Part shown: positions 32,380 through 41,600 of the stretch, one piece after another
How the letters are laid out: the number at the start of each line of letters is the position of its first letter
Position numbering within the stretch: the stretch's first letter is position 1
Assembly (NCBI GenBank): GCA_963722385.1
Contig: CAVRKK010000002.1
Location: 1,204,487 to 1,268,486 of the forward strand
DNA from: an uncultured bacterium
Lineage (GTDB): Bacteria > Babelota > Babeliae > Babelales > Babelaceae
Direction of reading: 5' to 3'
DNA length: 64,000 nucleotides
Made by a program: the position numbers and the translations under genes
Notes under the pieces: model-generated
Database searches by the model: none
Told to the model about the DNA's origin: nothing
The model's input: only the letters and a program-made list of their open reading frames with translations

Positions 32380-32404
32380 GCTAAATGTCTGCTCACCTTA
32401 GATT

Positions 32405-32438
32405 AAAAAGGCTGTGCGAGTTTATGCATAGCCTTTTT
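32405..32438 (+). terminator. intrinsic terminator
   Basis: AAAAAGGCTGTGC/GCATAGCCTTTTT hairpin. Confidence 0.65.
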
Positions 32439-32623
32439 CTTTGGCAAATCTCTCTGCTTGAATGTCGTTTGTAAAATTATTATTGATTTTTGCTTGCTAA
32501 TATTTATAAATTGAATAATGAATAAATTGTCTCGTGGCGTTATAATTTCAGGAGACAGTGCTTTAAGTATACGCTAAAGTATTCTGATGGGCGAGCGATG
32601 GTAAAAGTGAGGTTTTATAGATT

Positions 32624-34012
32624 ATGGCACGTGAAAAGTTAATTCTTCTTGATACGAACGTTTTAATGGATGATCCCCATGCGTTTGAGTCTTTTAAGAA
32701 TGAGCAGATTGGTATACCCGTTATGGTATTGGAGGAGCTTGACCGTCTCAAGATAGAGCCGTCATTTCGGGGACGGAATGCTCGACAAGCGATTTCTGCT
32801 CTTGATGCTTTGTCGGCAAAGGGAAGCTTACGTGATGGTGTCCAGCTTGATAATGGCAGTACGCTGAAAATTCTTTTTCCTGAGGGCAAGGGTTTATTAA
32901 GCCTTGAAGTTCCTGAGCGCCAAGTTGATAACCAAATTCTGCTCTTGGCGCAACAATTGGGCAACAATTTTGATGTGATACTCTTTTCCAAAGATATTAA
33001 TCTGAGGGTTAAAGCCGATGCTTTGGGGATTAAAGCGCAGGATTATAAAGCAGAACGTGTTGATGAGCAAACGGTATATCACGGTTGGAGCGTTATCGAA
33101 GCACCTGCTGTTCAGCTCAAAAAGGAGTTTCCTGATGGATTAATGGCCCGGCACCAGGAAAAGCCCTTTGTGCTTAATGAGTTTATTATTGTGCAAAGTC
33201 CCCACAATCCCTTTAATGTCCGCTTATTTCGCTATATCGGAAATAATAAGTTTAAATCGGTGACCGAGCCTGAGCTTAAATGGTCGATTCATCCGCGCAA
33301 TATTCAGCAGCGCATGGCGCTCGATCTACTGTTTGACGATGCTATAAAATTGATTACGCTGATAGGGCCTGCAGGGACAGGGAAAACCTTTCTTGCTTTA
33401 GTGGCCGCCTTGCACGAAGTGCTTTTGTACGAAAATTATGCAAAAATTCTTGTGACGAGGCCGGTGATTCCACTCGGCCCGGATATTGGGTATCTTCCCG
33501 GCGATGTCAGAGAAAAGCTTTTTTCATGGATGCAGCCTATATATGACAACATGGATTTTATCGTTCATGCGGCGCATGCAACTGAGAGACGGGTTGGTAT
33601 TTATCATGAGGAAGAGCCGGAGCGCTTTGAAAAAAATAAATATAAAAAGAGACGAGCAGCGCGTGAAACAAGCTTGCCAACGCTTGATGAGCTTATTGCC
33701 CGCCATATTATTAGCCTGGAGGCAATCACGTATATGCGTGGGAGGTCTATTCCCTACCAGTTTATTATTATTGATGAGGTCCAAAACCTAACACCGCATG
33801 AAGTAAAAACGCTTATTAGTCGGGTTGGCGAAGGTAGCAAGGTTATTATGACGGGGGATCCTTATCAAATCGATGCGCCACATCTCGATTTTAGCAATAA
33901 TGGTCTGGTTGTTACGAGTCAGCGCTTTATGGGGCAGTCAATCTTCGGCACGGTGTTCCTTGAAACAACTGAGCGGAGCGAATTAAGTAGACTTGCTGCA
34001 ACGTTACTCTGA
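32624..34012 (+). CDS. PIN-PhoH fusion (PhoH2/YlaK family)
   Basis: LDTNVL, EELD, DNQIL, SKDINLR PIN motifs; GPAGTGKT, YMRGRS, DEVQN, GDPYQID. Confidence 0.92.
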   Translation: MAREKLILLDTNVLMDDPHAFESFKNEQIGIPVMVLEELDRLKIEPSFRGRNARQAISALDALSAKGSLRDGVQLDNGSTLKILFPEGKGLLSLEVPERQVDNQILLLAQQLGNNFDVILFSKDINLRVKADALGIKAQDYKAERVDEQTVYHGWSVIEAPAVQLKKEFPDGLMARHQEKPFVLNEFIIVQSPHNPFNVRLFRYIGNNKFKSVTEPELKWSIHPRNIQQRMALDLLFDDAIKLITLIGPAGTGKTFLALVAALHEVLLYENYAKILVTRPVIPLGPDIGYLPGDVREKLFSWMQPIYDNMDFIVHAAHATERRVGIYHEEEPERFEKNKYKKRRAARETSLPTLDELIARHIISLEAITYMRGRSIPYQFIIIDEVQNLTPHEVKTLISRVGEGSKVIMTGDPYQIDAPHLDFSNNGLVVTSQRFMGQSIFGTVFLETTERSELSRLAATLL

Positions 34013-34088
34013 CAGGTTCATAGATCTTTTGCTGTTGTTTTTTAGGAGTCCTCGCTATACTGAATCGTCAAAAAGAGAAGCATCGACG

Positions 34089-34829
34089 ATGAGGTGGCCA
34101 ATGCTCATGATATTATATTCTTTGATTGTTCTTATGTATGCGCCCGCTGTAGCTCAGACCGAGCAAACGACCTATTATGGTCAATTCGAACAAGATAAAT
34201 GGCTCGAAAGCAACGTTTTCAAAGGAAAGCGTAATGGCATCTTTGTTGACGTGGGGGCATATGATGGTATTGAAGGGAGCAATACGTATTTCTTTGCAAA
34301 AGAGCGGGGATGGACGGGTATCTGCGTTGAGCCCCAGCCTGATTTATACGAGCTTGTGGTTGCTCGGCGTCCCGAGTGTGTTCCAATTAAAGCATGTATT
34401 ACTGATAAAGAGGGCACGGTCAAGTTCTTATATGTGAAAGGGCTTGCTGCTAAACAGCTGAGCGGTATCTTCGAACTGTACGATCCACGCCATTTACAGA
34501 AAATTGAAGGAGCTTTGGCGGTTTATGGCGGTGAAAAAGAGCTTATTGAAGTCGCCACTATACCATTGGCCACGGTTTTGCAGCAAAATAATATTAAGCA
34601 CGTCGATTACCTTTCTATTGATGTGGAAGGGGCAGAGATGCTTGTGCTGAAAAGCATTGATTTTAATGCCTGTGCTATTGACGTCATTTCAGTTGAAGTG
34701 AATTACGATGGCGGTGAAATTGGGGAATTTTTACGGGCACACGATTTTACCTATAGGGCTACGATCGGTATGGACGAAATCTGGATTTCAAAAAGCATGA
34801 TTGAGCAGCGCTATAAGAAAGAACTCTAA
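34089..34829 (+). CDS. FkbM family methyltransferase with signal peptide
   Basis: FVDVGAYDG, GICVEP, IDVEGAE. Confidence 0.88.
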   Translation: MRWPMLMILYSLIVLMYAPAVAQTEQTTYYGQFEQDKWLESNVFKGKRNGIFVDVGAYDGIEGSNTYFFAKERGWTGICVEPQPDLYELVVARRPECVPIKACITDKEGTVKFLYVKGLAAKQLSGIFELYDPRHLQKIEGALAVYGGEKELIEVATIPLATVLQQNNIKHVDYLSIDVEGAEMLVLKSIDFNACAIDVISVEVNYDGGEIGEFLRAHDFTYRATIGMDEIWISKSMIEQRYKKEL

Positions 34830-34871
34830 TCATGACGCCTCATCGAGTGTAAGGGGCCAAAAAAGAGCAAG

Positions 34872-36374
34872 CTATAACCAAGGGACTTGCTTGAGTTGTT
34901 TTTTAAGGTTAGCAAGCCATGATCCATTTATGTCGTCTGATGAGTAAACGGGAGACAAGCTGAGTCTCTCACGAAGAAAGTTGTATTTATAGAGAGCGTT
35001 GCTTTCACTTGACTTGTTATGAGGATCTTTATCAAATTCACGTAGAGCAGCCTCGGCATCGCGGGCGAGCTCGTAAGGGTTGATCTCGGCCATGCCAAAT
35101 TCTGCGGGAAATGAATGCTCAATATAGCTTTTCCAGATCTCATAACCATATTTCTTTAAGAATTTACTCTGTAGCTGTTGAATATTAGCAATAGGAGACA
35201 AGGTGGTATCAAATTCTTGCAACAGCATATAGTGATAAAGGGCCTCGCGAGCAAAGAATGTTTGATCCGGCTCCTCGGCAACGAGAGGGAGAAAATTTTC
35301 TAAAGAATGGATCAACATGAGTTGCTTTTCAGCGAGATTATATTCAACCAAATCGCGAATAAAGCGGTCTTTCCATTGCTGGTAATGATGCTTTCTCAGC
35401 CAGGCCGCATCGATAGCTTCAGTAAGAGGCTGGCCTATAAGTTCTTGGTAGAACATGAAACAACATTGCTTATCTTGATGGGCGATATAGTCTTCGGGGT
35501 CTTGTTCAAATGTAATAAGCGCTTCCTCAAATTGATCAACAAGCAGATCAAGCTTGTGTGATAGTTCGTCTATGCCGTCATCATGCCATTCGGTTATTAC
35601 TTGCTTTTTCCAGATGGAATATCCGTAAGTATTGAGCCAGTGGTGGTCCAACATATCGAGCGAATTAATTGTTGAGAGACCAGCTGATTCTCGAAGAAAG
35701 TTATAGGTATATAATGCTTCTTTTGCTCCATTTTGATCATCATTTTCGTGCAAGATGTTGGTAATTAATGACCAGAGCAGAAGCTTGTGCTGATCAGCAG
35801 AAATCTCCGCATCAGCTTGTGGCCTTTTCACCATTTTTTTCCATAAAGTATAACCAAGTGCTTCTAACCAATCAGTATCGATATCATTGATTGACGCAGC
35901 ATGAGAAAGGTAGGCTGATTCTCTTAAGTAATTATATAACGTGATTGCTTTTTTATCATAATCGCTCGCTGGATTTTTTTTCTGTTCAGTGAGCGCCTCT
36001 TCAATCATCCCAATTACGCATAGCCGATGATCATGATCAGATTCACTTTGCTCTGAATCTTCGTCAGGGTCAGTTATTTCTTCTAGATGATTATGAGAGT
36101 CCTCAGCGATTACTTCTTCATAGATTTCAATCTGTTCATTGAGCCATATGCTGTCTATGTCAGCGAGGGTGGTTGCTTCTGGCAAATCTTCGAGGTTTCT
36201 GAGAGCATTATAGCATTCAAGAGTATAGGCAACTGTTTCCTTGTCGAGCGTTCCGTCCCGTATCAAGACGAGATTTCCTCGGATGAACTCAAGCAAGCTT
36301 GAAAAACTAATTTCTACGTCTTCCTTGTTCGCAGGAATGAGCTCATAATTTTCCGTTTTGTTGTGCTCGTGCAT
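34872..36374 (-). CDS. acidic hypothetical protein with ~6 internal helical repeats
   Basis: recurrent A(L)YxYNxLRE...ID..WL...GY..WK motif. Confidence 0.8.
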   Translation of the reverse strand: MHEHNKTENYELIPANKEDVEISFSSLLEFIRGNLVLIRDGTLDKETVAYTLECYNALRNLEDLPEATTLADIDSIWLNEQIEIYEEVIAEDSHNHLEEITDPDEDSEQSESDHDHRLCVIGMIEEALTEQKKNPASDYDKKAITLYNYLRESAYLSHAASINDIDTDWLEALGYTLWKKMVKRPQADAEISADQHKLLLWSLITNILHENDDQNGAKEALYTYNFLRESAGLSTINSLDMLDHHWLNTYGYSIWKKQVITEWHDDGIDELSHKLDLLVDQFEEALITFEQDPEDYIAHQDKQCCFMFYQELIGQPLTEAIDAAWLRKHHYQQWKDRFIRDLVEYNLAEKQLMLIHSLENFLPLVAEEPDQTFFAREALYHYMLLQEFDTTLSPIANIQQLQSKFLKKYGYEIWKSYIEHSFPAEFGMAEINPYELARDAEAALREFDKDPHNKSSESNALYKYNFLRERLSLSPVYSSDDINGSWLANLKKQLKQVPWL

Positions 36375-36512
36375 GTGTCTCTTTCAAAAACAAATAAATT
36401 TCCCTGTTAGCTTAACAAAGCGCCTTTTTAAGTCAATCTTTGCGATAGACGAAGCTGCACGAACATGATAGAGTGGGGTAGTTAGTTAATAGCTAGACGA
36501 GGAGGAAGAAGC

Positions 36513-36974
36513 ATGAATGCTTTAAAATTAGCTTTTCTCAGCGTATTTTTTATCATCCATCAGGCTCAAGCCGATACGCTTTCGGTAATGTTTAGTGTGG
36601 ATGGTAATATAATTTTAAATGAGAATGGAGAATTGGGGAAGGATCAGAAATTTGGCTATTCAACACCTGAAGGCTACAGGTTGTTTTTTGAGGTTCGCGA
36701 GAATGAGCAAGAGGTCGCTATCAAGTCATCGATTTTTAAAAATAATTATGGCGAGCTCGAGCTTCTTGCTGAACCTTTTTTTATTACGCAATGGAACCAT
36801 TCAGCTGTTTTAACCATGGCAAAGCATGATAGCTCCGCTGAGTCGCTGCTCAGCCTCAAGGTTATGCCGCAAAAGCATGAGCATGTTAAGAAAAAAAGCT
36901 TATTGCGTAATATTTTAGATAAGATTGGTCAAGCTTGTTGTAATTTAGGGATGTCCTACGGCCCAATGGCTTGA
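36513..36974 (+). CDS. secreted hypothetical protein
   Basis: GAGGAGG RBS, AQA cleavage motif. Confidence 0.7.
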   Translation: MNALKLAFLSVFFIIHQAQADTLSVMFSVDGNIILNENGELGKDQKFGYSTPEGYRLFFEVRENEQEVAIKSSIFKNNYGELELLAEPFFITQWNHSAVLTMAKHDSSAESLLSLKVMPQKHEHVKKKSLLRNILDKIGQACCNLGMSYGPMA

Positions 36975-37463
36975 TAGAAAAAGGGGGCGAGGATTTTCTC
37001 TTCCCCCTTAGCCGTGTTTATGCGTTCTTGAGTACGCTGGCGAGTAAAAGCATTGCGGGAGCATTTTGAATGACTTCGGCATTTTCATAGGTCAGTTAAA
37101 GGACATGCGCCTGTGTCAAGACAAGCATGTAATTGTGATAGCTCAATGTATAGTTCACCCTTTGCGATGCCTATCTTATCATCTATGCCCATATTGGACA
37201 AGCTTTGCTAGTATACGTGAGCCGGCCTGGCTGTATTTAAGAGTTTAGCCTATTCCTACGCTTCCACAGCTAGTTACCCACCATTGCCCCAAGAAAGCCG
37301 TGTATTTCAACAGGGTTACTTCAAAACCTAAATGTTAAATTGCTAGCGCCAATGAAGAAGTAGTTGAAAAAGCTCTTCTTTTGAAGGTTTTAAGTCTCGA
37401 GATTTTTCTAATGCGCTATTTATCTACATTAATACCTTGTTTATTGGTAAAAGAAGAGCAATA

Positions 37464-38207
37464 TTACAATTTTAAAACCTCTCTATAAAGGAGCACGTTT
37501 GAGCAAAGGCTCTTCAATTCTTCCATTTTTCGTGCATAGTCTAAAACAGGAGGAATTTTTACAAGAGGACAAGGGTTAGCAAAAGGAATGCGCCAAGCAG
37601 ATTTAGTCAAATACTCTTTTTGTATAACAAGCTGATCAGCATTATCTATTTCTTCATGAGCAAGAATACGTACTGCTAGCACTGCTATATGTTCCCCCAC
37701 GCTTATAATGTCAGTAATAATATTTCTATATTCAAGAGGGAATTCTTCTTTTTTTATTTTGGTTTGTAAAAAATTCTTATAAGCCACTTCTAGTTTAGTA
37801 TTTAAATCTGGTGCAACTCCAATAGTAATACCTCCAATATTGTAATATTCAATTGCATACCTAGATATAGGGCAAAAAATCCATGTACGTGAACCAAGTA
37901 TAGTGATGGTATTGATCTCCCAGAGAAACTTCGTTAACTTTGCTTTACAAGGAAATGTGTCAGCATCATCCCATAGGGCAATAGTTTCCATATTTGCATT
38001 AGGTACCAACATATTAACTGCGGTAATTACTTCTTCGATCGTATCGACCTCTACCTTTTTGTCTATTTTTTCCCAGTCGATTGCAGAGAAACGAAAAGGG
38101 AAAAGTACTTGAAAAATAGTGTAAATTTTTTTGCTTGCTTCTCCTCGAATAACTTTAACATCCTTTCCTATTTCTTCAATAACTTCTTTAAATAGAATGT
38201 CTTCCAT
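37464..38207 (-). CDS. CdiI-like immunity protein with C-terminal extension
   Basis: downstream of the toxin; LF.E..E, FP...IDW, LWDD, WIF..IE..IG pattern recalled from the E. coli NC101 CdiI family. Confidence 0.7.
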   Translation of the reverse strand: MEDILFKEVIEEIGKDVKVIRGEASKKIYTIFQVLFPFRFSAIDWEKIDKKVEVDTIEEVITAVNMLVPNANMETIALWDDADTFPCKAKLTKFLWEINTITILGSRTWIFCPISRYAIEYYNIGGITIGVAPDLNTKLEVAYKNFLQTKIKKEEFPLEYRNIITDIISVGEHIAVLAVRILAHEEIDNADQLVIQKEYLTKSAWRIPFANPCPLVKIPPVLDYARKMEELKSLCSNVLLYREVLKL

Positions 38208-38622
38208 AGTAGTACCTCAAATAGCTTCTTAAATATAGACCATCGTTAATTCTATTGAAAATTCTTAAGACCCATAAAGCGATTCGGAGTAATTTCCATG
38301 ATAAAAATCAATTACACATCTTAAGATATGATAAAATGTCCTACCTAAGCTGGCTGCAATAAACATCATTAACATTTCTATAGGCAGGAGTATTTATTAT
38401 TCCATAAGATAAATTTAGCCTTTCTCGTTAATCAAAGCTAACAGTTGTTCATAAATATCTTGGTTCATATCTATGTTGCGTACTATTTCAATTGACCAAC
38501 CGTATTGAACAAAAAGAAACGCGTACTTTTCAATACGTTAAAAAGTACACAGGTTGCCCTATGTCTAATTATTGTAACATTTTGTTTGCCTGAGGTACCT
38601 CTAATTCATTTTATTTCCTTAA

Positions 38623-41600
38623 TTATCTATTAAGGTGTCTGTAAAGACTGTTAACAGTTTCCTCTGTTCCTTCAAAGAGTATTACTAGGTTGTTTCCTAT
38701 AGCACCCTTGCCCATTGTAAAATCCTCCACATGTATATGAGGACCCTTGTCTGGGGCCCAATCCAATCTCCACCTGCCTTTTCCAGGAAACTTTCTTCCA
38801 ACAATTCTACCCTCACCTAAGCCTGCCCCGCCGATATGAGGTTGAGAATTAAGTCCCGAAAAGCCCAATTGATCCAAGATTTCAAAAGCCTTGTTTCGAG
38901 CTTGCTCAAAGGTTTTAACTTTGCCTAGGATTATCTCTCTACCAGCATCTGCAGCCCCCCTCGCACTTTTGATGAGCTTTGCTGGGTTAGTTACGAAGCG
39001 AGTAGTAGAGGCTTTGCTTATTAATTCCCCAGCTGCTGTACAGGCCCTGAGTTCCGGCAAAGCATAACTTGCTAATGAGGGACCGATGGCAGAAACCTTA
39101 CCTTTCAGATTTTTTAGTTTCTTGCCGGTCTTGTTTGCCAAGAGTTTTACTGGCCAAAGTATTGTTCTAACAAATTTTAAGTGTTTTACGTAGGGGAATA
39201 TAACGGCAGCGGTACGCAAAGCCCGTTCGCCATATCCAATATCCTGTCCGCCTATATAATCCCGACCAAGGCCAAGCTCAGCAGCAGATTTAACGTTGCC
39301 TACAATCGGCACAAAGTCGAGCACGGTCGATACGAGCGGCCGAACAAATGAAGCTGATTCATCGTAGAGCATTTCTTGGTTCGCCTGCGCTTGAAAAATA
39401 TCTTCGAGCTCTTGGTAAATTTGTTCAGAAGCGGTTAAGGCATCCGCCGATTGCTGATCATTAACCATGATTGTGTGAAGATTATCCAGACCCGGTGAAT
39501 CCTCTTGAGTAACATCTGTTGTTATGATCTTTTTGGCGGTGTCGCCGTCTTGTGTGCTGAACTCATAGATGTCATACAAGTCTTTTAGTTCTACAGGATC
39601 TGCTGCCTCTTCTGACGAAGCTGATTCAACAGGCCACCCCTGACTATATTCACCTGCTTGGTCATCAAGATTAATCTCTTCAAAGTCCTCATTCTCTTCC
39701 TGCGCAGCGTATCCCTCGGTGCCAGGATATTTTTGATCAAAATCTTCCCTGAGCAGGTCCTTAAGTTCTTCAGTTTTTTCTGCAGGCTGCCCTGATGCCA
39801 TGTTTTCGGCGAACTCTGCTTCATGTGACGTAAACGGCTCTCCCTGCTTCTTTTTCTGCTCAAGGAACTCGTTAAGAAGCTTCTCCTCAGCATCCCGCGC
39901 TTGCTGCTTAATCTCTTCTCGCTGTTCCTCTGCAGCCTCTTTCATTGTTTGATTGATCGCATCCCGGTTATCACCGCCTTCAGCAAATAACTCTTTAATG
40001 CGCTGCATATTCTGGGCAAATTTTGACGGGTTGATGATTGGTATCACCAAGCGTAGAACGGTTTCATCTTCAACATATGTCTCTTGCATCATGCGCATAT
40101 TGCGATTTAACTCAGCAATCGCAGCACCCAAAATATCAAGGTCTATGTTTTCGGAAATGGTTGCCCGTGTAATACCGTCTTTCGACTTAGAAGCATAGCG
40201 CCCATCGATCATGCCATAGAGACCAAGGTCATCACCGTTAGGTATAAAGCTGCCGCCAATACTAAAGCCGCGCGTTTCTTTGCCTTCATGAATATCTTCA
40301 GAAGCGAGGTGGCGAGCTTTGACGGTGGCATTGGTTGAGTCACTGCTTATATAAGCGCCCGTGAGATCGAGCGTATCGCCGACGTGCACCTCAAGATGCT
40401 CGGTGCCCTCAATGCCTGAAGCTTGGCTAACTTTATGGTCATAGGTCTCTTTTTGAGCATAATATGCGCCACCAGCCGCTGAACCAACATAGGCACTAGC
40501 ACCGCTCGAAAAGCTATAGTGAGTATCCTCAACTGATTCCACTATCAGGTTATCTTTAATGTTAAGGGTCGTAGACTTACCATGGATCTGGGCTCCTTCG
40601 AGCTCTGCATTTTCGACGTCGAGGATAAAGGTATCGGCGTTTATTTGCGCATTATCATGCGTCACCGTATATGAAGTGCCTGTCTGCGTTGACGCATCAA
40701 TGGTACCATTACTCGTTATGCCCACGCTCTGTGATTGTTGATTAACCGTAACCGTGTGTTCTGCTGCGGTTGCGTAGAATTTTTGTCCCTTAATGGTCGC
40801 TTTCTCGGCCTCCAGGGTTGTTCCATCAAGCACCTGAACATCATCACCACTCTCAATTTGGACTTCTTGACCAGAAAGGTGACTTGGCACCGTAATGGTT
40901 TGCTTGCGCTGTATAGTATCATGTGCGATATTGAAATATAAATCAGGCGCGAAGGAGCCTTGAGCATCGGCAATACCCAGCCGCTTGGCCAAGAACTTGC
41001 CAGTGCTGCCTTCTTTCTGCTTGTACTGATTAAACAAGCGCAGAGCCTCGATACCCATGATTGTCGTACTTGCAAGGGTGTCAGCAGTGCTTGCCGAAGT
41101 GGCAAGTTGGTGAATAGAGGCAAGCAGTGGGTCTTCATCATTGAGCGCCCAGAGAGCTCCGCGATATTCTTCGCCAGCAAGCAAACTAAGCGCATCTGAG
41201 CCAAAAAAGGTAATACCGAAGGACCAGCTATCAGTCGTTGATGATGAGCGCTGTTTGGCTCCTTTGATAATATTATTGCGCTTTGCAATCAAGTGAATAG
41301 GCTGACCTGCATAAACAGCCACTGCCTCAAGCACATTGTCCTCGCCTGACTCAAAGGTTACCTTGCCGCCAACATTAATCTCAGTTTTGACTATATGGTC
41401 CTGCAGATGCTTTTTGCTCGTGGCATACAGCCCAAACAAATCAAGCCCCAGCTGCTTTTGCTCGCCTTTGAGCGTTTTGGTCACTATGGCAAGATCGTTA
41501 TTCTTTTTTGCTTTGAACAAGGCATCACGAATGGCAGTAAAAGAAGCGCCATAGCTTTTGACTGAACCATTGGTGGACTCAACCGTAAGATTCTGTCCAG

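Noticed and set aside
37316..37325. TTAC+TTCAAA as a chromosomal target of the TnpB guide
   Set aside because: Only 6 guide nucleotides match after the TAM, which is plausible by chance in AT-rich DNA.
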